64,000 bases of DNA from Gloeobacterales cyanobacterium (GTDB lineage: Bacteria; Cyanobacteriota; Cyanobacteriia; Gloeobacterales; PMM-0068). The DNA lies in the NCBI GenBank assembly GCA_038245785.1, contig JBBRSB010000025.1, positions 11,543-75,542 of the forward strand. Reading direction: 5' to 3'. The notes beneath the pieces were generated by a model. The model worked only from the letters and a program-made list of their open reading frames with translations, had not been told where the DNA came from and ran no database searches. Positions 1 through 9,889 of this stretch are shown piece after piece. Position numbers and translations under genes: made by a program. Every line of letters begins with the position of its first letter. The first letter of the stretch is position 1.

Positions 1-382
1 TTCGCGTTACGCCTTGACCCTTGTAATACATTGAGCCGAGCTGGAATTGAACCAATTCATTCCCCTGCTCTGCCGCCTTGCGATACCATTTCATCGCCTC
101 GACATAGTTTCGCGCTACACCTTGGCCATCATAATACATATTGCCGAGTTTAAATTGAGCCTCTGCATACCCCTGCTCTGCTGCCTTGCGATACCATTTC
201 ATCGCCTCGACATAATCGTCTTCGCGTAGGTCATACATCAAGCCAAGATTGTATTGAGTAACTGCATCACCCTGTTCAGCGGCCTGCTGGGTTGTTGTAG
301 AATCTGTTGGCGCAGCAGGGCAGGGCATTGTCAAGAGCAGCATTAATCCGGCAGTAATCCAGAAATGGTTTTTTTGGCGCAT
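1..382 (-). CDS. Secreted Sel1-repeat protein (runs off the left edge of the window)
   Basis: Manual translation from ATG at 382 gives MRQKNHFWITAGLMLLLTMPCPA...AAEQGDAVTQYNLGLMY...YVEAMKWYRKAAEQGYAEAQFKLGNMYYDGQGVARNYVEAMKWYRKAAEQG. AGGAG RBS upstream. Not in the ORF track because its stop lies outside the window. Confidence 0.92.
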   Translation of the reverse strand, partial: MRQKNHFWITAGLMLLLTMPCPAAPTDSTTTQQAAEQGDAVTQYNLGLMYDLREDDYVEAMKWYRKAAEQGYAEAQFKLGNMYYDGQGVARNYVEAMKWYRKAAEQGNELVQFQLGSMYYKGQGVTR

Positions 383-583
383 GGCTGAACACTCCTTTTC
401 CTTTCCTCTGTGAACCGCTTTAGAAGCGTCAGGAAGGGATTTTAGTCTTTTGGATAGGGATAGATAGCCTGTTCAGGTTTTAGCGCGTTCTAGAAGCCTC
501 ACTCTTCTCCGCCAAGCCCTTTGTAGCTCTCTTTTTAAGTATGCCCATTACAAGGCCCAATGGTAGCGAAACTTGTATCAGCG

Positions 584-629
584 CAGCCCTGCTTAAGGAG
601 AGATAAGTGGGGTTAACCATGCTTGAACG
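584..629 (+). repeat. 46-bp direct repeat, copy 1; resembles a tyrosine-recombinase core site
   Basis: CAGCCCTGCTTAAGGAGAGATAAGTGGGGTTAACCATGCTTGAACG, 44/46 identical to 1260-1305. Imperfect inverted arms flank the 6-bp spacer GTGGGG. Confidence 0.85.
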
Positions 630-707
630 CAAGGTGCCTAGAGAGGTGAAAGCCTGGATAGACTGTTAGGAGCTGCTATAATTCCCCTATTTATTTGGTA
701 TGTCTAT

Positions 708-1034
708 ATGGATCTTTTTGATGGATATTATGCAACTCCTGATAGAGGTGAATTTGTAGTTGGTGTTACTGTCACTTATCACACTCGAAGACTTAAAGAC
801 CTCCACCACAATGGCCGTCCTGCCGTGCTCCTTGTTATGTACGTTACTCCTGACTATAAGGATGGTCCTGGCTATGTTGAGACTGGGCGCATACGTTTTA
901 CTGATGCTTTAGGTGGTGCTCGCAAAGTAAGACTTAAGGATATCGTTGCAGATTCTTCAACGGCTAATCGTAAGCTCGTTAGGCAGTGGACAGCTAAAAA
1001 CAGACCGCGTTCAAAACGTCCTAATCCTTCTTAG
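708..1034 (+). CDS. Hypothetical protein (108 aa) between the 46-bp repeats
   Basis: ATG-initiated ORF with T-rich third codon positions and a basic C-terminus. No recognisable domain. Confidence 0.6.
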   Translation: MDLFDGYYATPDRGEFVVGVTVTYHTRRLKDLHHNGRPAVLLVMYVTPDYKDGPGYVETGRIRFTDALGGARKVRLKDIVADSSTANRKLVRQWTAKNRPRSKRPNPS

Positions 1035-1259
1035 CCTCATTCACTTGGCGAGTGACATCGAAACGGGTCCTCAATGGTTACTTTTTTCGTGCAACTAGCA
1101 AAAGCCCCTCTCAAAAAGTCCGTGCGAAGCGACCTCAAGCGCGACCGTCCGGTATTCACTATCGGATTAGCCTCTACCGATTGGCGCGAGGGTAGGACAG
1201 AAGGCTACGCCGTGGGGACCCGCTAATTACCGGCCCAAGAAGAGTTTCAATACCTCGCT

Positions 1260-1305
1260 CAGCCCTGTTTAAGGAGGGATAAGTGGGGTTAACCATGCTT
1301 GAACG
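1260..1305 (+). repeat. 46-bp direct repeat, copy 2
   Basis: CAGCCCTGTTTAAGGAGGGATAAGTGGGGTTAACCATGCTTGAACG. Confidence 0.85.
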
Positions 1306-1942
1306 AAGCTTGGCTCAAGAGTGAAGTCTTACACCATGAAAGTCATTGTAATCGCTTCATATAAGGTACTCAAATCAACAACCCAATCGCAGCAAGCTGC
1401 GGGGTATGCGCAGTCGTTTCTAGATCAAAAAGAACTGGGAAGGTAGCTCTTCTAGCCGATTTTAAGTGTGAATCAAAGATAAGAAAAAGAGCAAAATAAA
1501 GTGTAAGCGTCCACAGAATTTAAACTATGCAAACCCATTTAAAGTATTTCTCTATACATGGAAATTCATCAAATCTTTATAAAAACAGTATTCGCAACAT
1601 GCTAACTTTACCGACTACCTATATCTAAGCTCCACACGATTTCGGAAGGTTGAAATTTAGCTCCTCCATAAGATTTTCACTTGTTCATTTCGTAATCAAA
1701 CTTCAGAATTTTTATTTAAACCGAGCGATTAGAAAATACACTTCATCTCATTAACCGTACACAAAGGAGATCACTAGATTACCAGACCCATTTTAAGGTA
1801 TTCTATCCACATCTATCAGACACTGATGCACTTCAAATTTGAATCGGTGGCTGCTCGATAGGTTGCTGGTTCAGATGGCTGATCACGGTTCAAATTTGCT
1901 CGATTCAGTATTTTGCGTCCGATATTCAAAGTTGATTTTAGA

Positions 1943-4810
1943 ATGAAAATACTTGCGCCTGGTGCCAGAATTGTTGTTCGAGATGCGGAATGGTTGGTTA
2001 AATCTACGTCACAATCATCAGATCGCGGTCGAGTTATTGAAGCAGTTGGTATTTCGGAGTTTATTCGAGGGAGAGTAGCTCGATTTATTGAAGAACTGGA
2101 AGAAGATCTTCTGGTTCTGCAACCGGAAGAGACTGAACTAATTGCCGAAGGGTCTTCGAGTTATGCCCACAGCCTACTGTTTCTTGAGGCTAACCTTAGA
2201 CAGACGATTCCAGATGATCCATGCATTTATATAGGTCAAAAGGCTGCGATGGATACTTTGGGGTATCAGCTGTGGCCAACCTACAAAGCTTTGCAGATTC
2301 CGCGACAACGGATTCTAATTGCCGACGCGGTGGGTTTAGGCAAAACATTAGAATGCGGCATTTTAGTTTCGGAATTAATTCGTCGTGGGCGAGGCCGACG
2401 GATTTTGGTTATAACGACCAAATCGATGATGGTGCAGTTCCAGAAGGAGTTTTGGTTTCGATTTACGATCCCCTTGGTGCGACTGGATTCGGTTGGGATC
2501 CAGCGAATTCGATCCCGTGTTCCTGGGAATCATAATCCCTTTCATTACTATGACCGAGCCATCATTTCGGTCGATACGCTTAAACAAGACCGGGAGTATC
2601 GCACCTATCTTGAACAGGCACACTGGGACATCATTGTCATTGACGAGGCTCATAATGTTGCCCGTCGTGGTAAAGGTCAAGGTGCATCGCAAAGGGCAAA
2701 ACTTGCCGAGCGTTTATCCAATCGATCCGATACGCTGATTCTGCTATCGGCAACGCCCCATGATGGAAAACCCGAAAGCTTTGCCAGCTTGATGAACATG
2801 CTGGATCCTACAGCGATCGCCGACGAGTCTAGTTACACGAAAGACGACATTCAGAATCTCTATGTACGTCGATTTAAGAAGGATGTATTGCAGGACTTAA
2901 GGAATCATGTCCTCGAACGCAATATCGAATCCTTGGAGTCTTGGGCATCAACAGCGGAAGAACGGGTGTTTGAATCCCTGAACGAGCTAAAACTCCAGAG
3001 CGATACTCAGCGTAAGGCAGGACAGCTTTTCAAAACCACGTTACTCAAGGCCATGTTATCGAGTCCTGGCGCATGTCTAGAGACGGTACAGAACCGTCTG
3101 AAACGATTACGGCGAGAATCCTCGATTGCAGATCACGCTGACGTTGCGGAACTTGAAACACTGAAGCATGCCCTTGAGCACGTGGACGTACTCAGTTTCA
3201 GCAAGTATCAGCGATTGCTCCAACTAATTCGTAAAGACTTTGGCTGGACGGGGAAAGACCCTAAGGATCGGTTGGTAATTTTTACAGGGCGGCTAGAAAC
3301 CCTACGCTTTCTCAAAAAGCGCTTGGCGGAAGATCTAATGTTGAAACCAGAAGCGCTTGGCGTACTGGATGGCGGGCTACCGGATGTAGAACAAAATCGC
3401 ATCGTCGAAGAATTCGGACAGGAAACGGCAAGAGTACGGATTTTGCTTGCAACGGAAGTCGCTTCAGAAGGGTTGAACCTTCACTACTTAAGCCATAAAT
3501 TGATTCACTTCGATATTCCGTGGTCTTTAATGACGTTGCAACAGCGTAATGGTCGAATTGATCGTTACGGTCAAACGCATCAGCCTGAGATCCGCTATAT
3601 GCTGACTCGTTCTCGCTTGGAACGGATGGATGAAGTAGAGCGGATCGTTAAAGTTCTTCTGAACAAAGACGAACAAGCAATTAAGAATATCGGGGATCCC
3701 TCCGTGTTTATGGGGGTCTTTGACGCAGAGGCTGAAGAGGCGTTAACGGCAACAATCATCGAGACTGGTGTATCGGCGGAGTCGTTCTCCGAGCAACTGG
3801 ATGCGAATGCGGAAACCGGGGGTGGATTCGACATTTTTTCTTTGTTTGAAAATCCGGATGAGACTGATGCTGGTTCGGCGGAGATGGAACCCTCCGAAAA
3901 AGGGGAGGAAGGGAAATTGCTCAGCCTGTATCCTTCGACCTTCTCATTCGCTGTGGCGGCACTGCAAGCCTTAGAAAATCCGCCCCCTAACTTGAGGGTG
4001 CAAGAAGCAGAGCGTTTTATTGAACTTCAGCTACCTGCTGAGTTGGAACCTCGCTACGATCGCTTACCTCGCGAAATTAGGCCAAGGGACGATCAGCTTT
4101 TGCAGCTCACAGATCGACCATTCGAGATTATGAAAGCGATGGAGGAAGCGCGGCGGCAGGAGACGAGCTGGCCTCAGAAACAATACCTATGGGATTTACA
4201 TCCGCTGGTGGAATGGCTGAGCGATCGCTGTCTGTTTCGATTTGGTCGACATCAAGCTCCCGTATTGCAGCTTCAGGACCGTATTGGTCCGCAGGAAGCG
4301 GTGTTTATCTTGTTTGGAAGTTTTCCGAATCGGCGCGGGTCGCCCGTGATTAACCGTTGGGTATCGGCAGTGTTTACAAGAGATAAATTTCAGCGCATAG
4401 AGCAGTTTGAAGGAACGTGCCAACGAACTGGCCTAGGGCAGCAGCCCATCCCAAATCCAGGGGCGGCAGCCGTTCGGCTTGAGCCATTACGATCGTTGCG
4501 CTCTGAGGCAGTGACACAAGCCCGAAATTATTTAATTAAGGAGCGGGTTGCGTTTGAAGCAAAACTGACTCCACAGTTGCAGCAGCAACGCGAGCGCCTG
4601 GAACGCTTGAAAGGGAGACACTTTGAACAGATGGAATTCCGCTTTGAAACCGATAGCCGTTCGGTTGACATCAAGGCGCAGCGACGACAGAAAGAACTGA
4701 ATCGCATTGAGAGAATCTTCCAGGACTATGAAAGCTGGGTCGAATTGTCGATGACGACGGAAGCAGAACCCTATATAAAGTTGATTGCTGTTTTGCAGGG
4801 AGAAGGCTAA
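1943..4810 (+). CDS. SNF2-family helicase (DrmD-like)
   Basis: Walker A ILIADAVGLGKT, IVIDEAH, LLSATPH, SEGLNL, QQRNGRIDRYGQ. ATG at 1943 preferred over TTG at 1913. Stop overlaps the next ATG (TAATG). Confidence 0.92.
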   Translation: MKILAPGARIVVRDAEWLVKSTSQSSDRGRVIEAVGISEFIRGRVARFIEELEEDLLVLQPEETELIAEGSSSYAHSLLFLEANLRQTIPDDPCIYIGQKAAMDTLGYQLWPTYKALQIPRQRILIADAVGLGKTLECGILVSELIRRGRGRRILVITTKSMMVQFQKEFWFRFTIPLVRLDSVGIQRIRSRVPGNHNPFHYYDRAIISVDTLKQDREYRTYLEQAHWDIIVIDEAHNVARRGKGQGASQRAKLAERLSNRSDTLILLSATPHDGKPESFASLMNMLDPTAIADESSYTKDDIQNLYVRRFKKDVLQDLRNHVLERNIESLESWASTAEERVFESLNELKLQSDTQRKAGQLFKTTLLKAMLSSPGACLETVQNRLKRLRRESSIADHADVAELETLKHALEHVDVLSFSKYQRLLQLIRKDFGWTGKDPKDRLVIFTGRLETLRFLKKRLAEDLMLKPEALGVLDGGLPDVEQNRIVEEFGQETARVRILLATEVASEGLNLHYLSHKLIHFDIPWSLMTLQQRNGRIDRYGQTHQPEIRYMLTRSRLERMDEVERIVKVLLNKDEQAIKNIGDPSVFMGVFDAEAEEALTATIIETGVSAESFSEQLDANAETGGGFDIFSLFENPDETDAGSAEMEPSEKGEEGKLLSLYPSTFSFAVAALQALENPPPNLRVQEAERFIELQLPAELEPRYDRLPREIRPRDDQLLQLTDRPFEIMKAMEEARRQETSWPQKQYLWDLHPLVEWLSDRCLFRFGRHQAPVLQLQDRIGPQEAVFILFGSFPNRRGSPVINRWVSAVFTRDKFQRIEQFEGTCQRTGLGQQPIPNPGAAAVRLEPLRSLRSEAVTQARNYLIKERVAFEAKLTPQLQQQRERLERLKGRHFEQMEFRFETDSRSVDIKAQRRQKELNRIERIFQDYESWVELSMTTEAEPYIKLIAVLQGEG

Positions 4811-7800
4811 TGGCACTGGTTGGAATCGCGAATGAAAATGAATTCTATTCGGCTCACTACCTGGATGCCATTCTCAAGGAAGATTTGAAGGGCGTAGCAA
4901 AGCATTGGCAAGAGGCTACGACCGCTGAAAAAACGCCGGATCAGCTATTGGGGAGTCTGCGTCAGTGCTATTTTCGATTACGCGACCGCCTGGGGCGTAC
5001 CAAAGAACCGGATGAGAATCTGGCGCTGCAACGGGAATTTTTCCAGAGTGTGCTAGAGATTTTAGGGTATCAGTGGAAGCCCAAACTCATAGTGTTACAG
5101 GATGATGGTCTTCTACCGATTGTGGCAGAGGTGAGCCGTAGTAATGAGATACCGCTCCTGTGGATTTTAGAAGGCTTTAATGGGACGGATGAACCATCAG
5201 ATGTGCTTTCACTGACCTTAGACCCGGTTCAATTTCCTCAAGGGGCAACGGGAGATGTATCCGTGTCGGAGGGAATTGCAGCCATTCAAGGGCAAACCCT
5301 TGAGGAAATTTTGAGCGATCGCGTGTTTGCGGAGGACAATCCGCCTCGCTGGGTGATTCTGCTGAGTGTGGACCAGATTGTTTTGGTTGATCGTCACAAA
5401 TGGAGCGCATCGCGGCTGTTGCGGTTTGACCTGCAGGAGCTGTTGAGAGAGAAAGATTCGGATGCTTTGTTGGCAGCGGCAAAGTTGTTGCATCGGGAGC
5501 ATACCTGCCCTGCAGAGGGGAGTTCGCTACTGGATGAATTGGATGAAAAAAGTCATCGCCATACATACAGCGTTTCGGAGGACTTGAAATTTGCCCTACG
5601 GGAAGCGATCGAGTTACTGGGAAATGAGGCACTATACTATCGCCGCACGGTAAGTAAGCTGCGGGTATTTTCCACGGATGTGCAACTAGAGCGAGGGGAA
5701 CGGGAGATTGACCCCAACCAGCTCAAGGTGGAGTGTCTGCGCTGGGTCTATCGATTGTTGTTTGTCTTTTATATTGAGGCGCGGCCTGAGTTGGGCTATG
5801 CGCCGCTGAAGTCGGATGTATACCGCGAGGGCTATAGTCTGGAGTCTTTGCGGGATTTGGAGCAGGCTGAACTGCTGACCAGTGTGGATGAAAATGGCAA
5901 CTTTATTGATGCCAGTATCCGGCGACTGTTCAAGCTGCTTTGGGAGGGCTACCCTAGCGAAAGCTCAATGCAGTTAGATTTGCAAAGCAGCAAGGAAACG
6001 GCGATTCACAACACATTTCGGTTGCCTGCCCTGAAGAGTCATTTATTTGACCCTGCCCGCACTGCAATGCTGAATGGAGTGAAATTTAGAAATACTACGC
6101 TACGTCGGGTGTTGGAGTTGATGTCTCTATCCCGTGGTGAGGGGAAACAGCGCCGGGGACGGATTAGTTATGCCCAGCTAGGAGTAAACCAGTTGGGAGA
6201 GGTCTACGAGGGGTTACTGAGTCTTTCGGCTTTTTTGGCTGAGGAAGACCTTTACGAGGTGCAAGCGGTTAAGCAGACCACAGAAGCGACCAGTGACTTA
6301 GACGAAAATATTGAAGTCTCAAAAAAGTCGAAAAAACAAAATAATCATAATGAACTAAAAGTTGGATATTTTGTTACGGCTTCTCAATTAAATGAGTACG
6401 AACCAGAAGAGTGGGTACTTGATCCTAAGACTAAGAAACCGCGTAAGCATGAGAAAGGAAAGTTTCTATTTCGTTTAAAGGGCCGAGATCGGCAAAAGAG
6501 CGCAAGTTACTATACGCCTCAGTCCCTGACGGAATGTTTGGTGAAGTATGCCCTTAAGGAACTTTTGCAGGACAAAACTGCCGACGACATTTTGAAGCTT
6601 ACGGTGTGCGAACCCGCGATGGGTAGTGCGGCGTTTTTGAATGAGGTGGTGGATCAGCTTGCGGATGCATATCTGGAGCGCAAGCAGGATGAGTTGGAGG
6701 AACGGATTCCCCATGAACGGATCACCATCGAGAAGCAAAAGGTAAAGATGCTGTTGGCGGATCGCAATGTATTTGGCATCGACAAGAACCCGATTGCTAT
6801 GGAGTTGGCGGAGGTTTCGCTATGGCTAAACTCGATCTATGGCGACCCAGATAATCCATCGCGGGTGTTTGTGCCGTGGTTTGGATTGCAGTTGAATTGC
6901 GGGAATTCATTGATTGGGGCACGGCGGCAGGTATATCGTCTCAAAAATGTGACGGGTGGCAATAAGGGGGTGGCGAAGTGGCATGAGTTTGCACCGGAGC
7001 GGGTCCCACTAGGGCAGGCATTACCGGAAGATGGAATTTTTCACTTTTTGCTGGGCGATCCGGGGATGGCGAATTACGCCGATAAGGTAGTCAAGGCGAT
7101 GCAGCCGGAGGCGATTAAGCTCATCCAGGAATGGCAGAAGGAGTTTGCTAAGGCCGAGCTAACGAAAGAACAGGCTGAGTATGTGCTGCGCTTAAGTCGG
7201 CGGATTGAGGACTTATGGGAGAGCTACGCGCGGGAACTGGCTCAGATTCGCCAGCGCACGACTGATCCATTAACGGTCTGGGGACAAGATCGAGACGGTG
7301 GCAAGGGTGATTTTGTCTCTCGTGACGATACGCCCTTGGAACAAAAGGACAAGATTTATGAGCAGGAAAAGCTCTCGAAAGGGGTGCAGAATGCGGGAGC
7401 CTATCGGCGGCTGAAGTTGGTGATGGATTACTGGTGTGCTTTGTGGTTTTGGCCTATTGCTGAGGCGGAAGAGTTGCCTAGTCGAGAGCAGTTTTTGCAG
7501 GAAGTGGGGGCGATTTTAGGAGAGACGGAAATGTTGGCTCCTGCAATACAGCAATTGGTCTGTTTTCCTGAAACCCAAGCGGTTGAGAAGGGAACGCTAT
7601 TTTTGAATACTTGGGGCTATGTAGACTTAGAAAAATTGAAGCGGTTTTACCCACGGTTGAGTTTGGTAGAAAAGCTGGGTGAGCAGCATCGGTTTTTCCA
7701 TTGGGAGTTGGAATTTGCCGATTTGTTCCTAGAAAATGGCGGTTTTGACTTGATGGTGGGGAACCCGCCCTGGATTAAGGTGGAGTGGCAGGAAGGTGGA

Positions 7801-9669
7801 GTGCTGGCTGACTATAACCCTATGGTGGAACTACGAAATCTCTCGGCCAGTAAGTTAGCAGAAACGCGAGAAAGTCTGTTTGGGAATTATCCAGGGTTGA
7901 GAGCGGCTTATCTGAGTGAATTTGAAGAAGCAGACGGGACGCAGAATTTTTTAAATGCGGTGCAGAATTATCCTCTGCTGAAAGGCATTCAGACGAATTT
8001 ATTTAAATGCTTTTTACCTCAGGCGTGGAGCTTTACGAAACCGGAAGGAGTGTCGGGATTTCTCCATCCTGAAGGTGTATATGATGACCCAAATGGTGGG
8101 CTACTGCGGCGAGAACTTTATTCCCGCTTGCGAGATCATTTCCAGTTTCAAAATCAGCTCATTCTTTTCCCAATCGGTCATAGGGTTAAATACAGCTTGA
8201 ATATCTATGGAAGTCAGCAATCGCCCTACTTCAAGACTATTGCAAATCTATTTACGCCAAAGACGGTCTCAGAGTGCGATGAACATAATGGCACGGGGGA
8301 GGTTGGCGGTATTAAAGATGAGTTGAACAATTGGAACTTCAATGGTCATCAACAGCGAATTATAGAGGTTTCTTTAGCTGAGCTAGACCTATTTGCAAAA
8401 CTCTACGACGAAGATGGGACAGCAGCAGATGAGGCTCGTTTACCTACGCTGCATTCAAGAAATCTGGTCAATGTATTACGAAAATTCGGTATTCAAGAGC
8501 AACGTCTTGGAAATCTGGAAGGGCAATATTTAGCACTTGAAATGTGGCATGAAACTAATACCCAGAAAGATGGAACGATTCGACGCGATACTCAATTTCC
8601 AGCATTGGCAACCGACCTAATTCTCTCTGGCCCCCATTTTTATGTTGGGACTCCCGTTTACAAAACGCCCCGTAATGTCTGTACAGAAAAAGGTCATTAC
8701 GACATCCTTGACCTCACCACCCTATCTGACGACTACCTGCCCCGTACTAACTACGTCCCTGACTGCGATCGCACTGAATACCGCCGCCGCACCCCAAAAG
8801 TCCCTTGGGGCGATAATCAACCCGTCACAGACTTTTATCGTTTGGTTTGTCGTAGGCAGTTGAGTCAATCAGGAGAAAGAACTCTAATTCCAACAATTGC
8901 ACCGAAAGGTTCTGCTCACATTCATCCAGTTATTTCAACAACCTTCCAAGACCAGAGTGCTTTGATAGCTTTTTGCGCTTTTTGCAGTTCAGTTATCTAC
9001 GACTTTTATATCAAAACGACAGGTAAAGGAGATCTTTACGAGTCAACTTTGCGGTTATTGCCATTACCAGAAGCTAACCCAGCGATTCGCCATCGTACCC
9101 TTGTCCTTAACTGTCTCACGACCTACTATGCCGATCTTTGGGTGGCCTGCTTTGATCCCACTTTTACTATTGACTGCTGGAGTAAACCTAACGATCCGCG
9201 TCTTGACCATGGCTTCTTCACTAAACTCACTCCCACCTGGCAGCGTAACTGTGCCCTCCGCAATGACTATGCCCGTCGCCAAGCCCTCGTCGAAATCGAT
9301 GTCCTCGTTGCAATGGCTCTCGGCCTTACCCTCGACGAATTAATCACCCTCTACCGCATCCAATTCCCCGTCATGCAGCAGTACGAGAGGGAAACCTTCT
9401 ACGACCAGACCGGACGCATCGTGTTCACGACCAGTAAGGGACTCGTTGGGGTCGGGGTTTCCCGTAAGGGCAACGCCAAACAAGGCATCATCGGCTGGGA
9501 AGACATTCAAGATATGACCAACGGCGAAGCCTCCATCCCTATCACTGATGACACTCTTCCTGGTGGCCCCATCGAACGCACCATCACCTACCAAGCCCCT
9601 TTTGATAAATGCGATCGAGTGGCCGATTATCGAACTGCCTGGGCCTACTTTGAGAATTTGTCAGATTGA
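4810..9669 (+). CDS. Large N6-adenine DNA methyltransferase (DrmMI / type IIG-like)
   Basis: YYTP, motif I VCEPAMGSAAF, motif IV GFDLMVGNPPW, FFHWELEF, and a C-terminal TRD-like region. 1619 aa. Confidence 0.92.
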   Translation: MALVGIANENEFYSAHYLDAILKEDLKGVAKHWQEATTAEKTPDQLLGSLRQCYFRLRDRLGRTKEPDENLALQREFFQSVLEILGYQWKPKLIVLQDDGLLPIVAEVSRSNEIPLLWILEGFNGTDEPSDVLSLTLDPVQFPQGATGDVSVSEGIAAIQGQTLEEILSDRVFAEDNPPRWVILLSVDQIVLVDRHKWSASRLLRFDLQELLREKDSDALLAAAKLLHREHTCPAEGSSLLDELDEKSHRHTYSVSEDLKFALREAIELLGNEALYYRRTVSKLRVFSTDVQLERGEREIDPNQLKVECLRWVYRLLFVFYIEARPELGYAPLKSDVYREGYSLESLRDLEQAELLTSVDENGNFIDASIRRLFKLLWEGYPSESSMQLDLQSSKETAIHNTFRLPALKSHLFDPARTAMLNGVKFRNTTLRRVLELMSLSRGEGKQRRGRISYAQLGVNQLGEVYEGLLSLSAFLAEEDLYEVQAVKQTTEATSDLDENIEVSKKSKKQNNHNELKVGYFVTASQLNEYEPEEWVLDPKTKKPRKHEKGKFLFRLKGRDRQKSASYYTPQSLTECLVKYALKELLQDKTADDILKLTVCEPAMGSAAFLNEVVDQLADAYLERKQDELEERIPHERITIEKQKVKMLLADRNVFGIDKNPIAMELAEVSLWLNSIYGDPDNPSRVFVPWFGLQLNCGNSLIGARRQVYRLKNVTGGNKGVAKWHEFAPERVPLGQALPEDGIFHFLLGDPGMANYADKVVKAMQPEAIKLIQEWQKEFAKAELTKEQAEYVLRLSRRIEDLWESYARELAQIRQRTTDPLTVWGQDRDGGKGDFVSRDDTPLEQKDKIYEQEKLSKGVQNAGAYRRLKLVMDYWCALWFWPIAEAEELPSREQFLQEVGAILGETEMLAPAIQQLVCFPETQAVEKGTLFLNTWGYVDLEKLKRFYPRLSLVEKLGEQHRFFHWELEFADLFLENGGFDLMVGNPPWIKVEWQEGGVLADYNPMVELRNLSASKLAETRESLFGNYPGLRAAYLSEFEEADGTQNFLNAVQNYPLLKGIQTNLFKCFLPQAWSFTKPEGVSGFLHPEGVYDDPNGGLLRRELYSRLRDHFQFQNQLILFPIGHRVKYSLNIYGSQQSPYFKTIANLFTPKTVSECDEHNGTGEVGGIKDELNNWNFNGHQQRIIEVSLAELDLFAKLYDEDGTAADEARLPTLHSRNLVNVLRKFGIQEQRLGNLEGQYLALEMWHETNTQKDGTIRRDTQFPALATDLILSGPHFYVGTPVYKTPRNVCTEKGHYDILDLTTLSDDYLPRTNYVPDCDRTEYRRRTPKVPWGDNQPVTDFYRLVCRRQLSQSGERTLIPTIAPKGSAHIHPVISTTFQDQSALIAFCAFCSSVIYDFYIKTTGKGDLYESTLRLLPLPEANPAIRHRTLVLNCLTTYYADLWVACFDPTFTIDCWSKPNDPRLDHGFFTKLTPTWQRNCALRNDYARRQALVEIDVLVAMALGLTLDELITLYRIQFPVMQQYERETFYDQTGRIVFTTSKGLVGVGVSRKGNAKQGIIGWEDIQDMTNGEASIPITDDTLPGGPIERTITYQAPFDKCDRVADYRTAWAYFENLSD

Positions 9670-9708
9670 GGGCATAGATAGAATTTCACACCCTAGAAGC
9701 ATTCCACC

Positions 9709-9885
9709 ATGACTTACTCGAACACCGACTACAAACACATCCAAATCGACGACAACTGCGTTCCCATCATTGAAGGAACCACCATGAAAGTTGCAGAACT
9801 GCTTACCTCTCATCTGACCTATGGCTGGAGTCCCGAAGAACTATATCAACTAAGTGCTGTATCTCTCCCTATAATCCTGTGGTGA
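9709..9885 (+). pseudogene. Truncated DUF433-family (antitoxin-like) gene inside the defence operon
   Basis: MTYSNTDYKHIQIDDNCVPIIEGTTMKVAELLTSHLTYGWSPEEL fits the DUF433 N-terminal pattern. The usual C-terminal helix is missing. Confidence 0.7.
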
Positions 9886-9889
9886 ACCT

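Noticed and set aside
400..520. Possible single-strand origin-like palindromic stretch upstream of the Sel1 gene
   Set aside because: The symmetry is weak and there is no rolling-circle Rep in the window to support it.
1382..1407. Short hairpin CGCAGCAAGCTGCG resembling an IS200/IS605 end
   Set aside because: It is a single degenerate hairpin with no tnpA, tnpB or partner end in the window.
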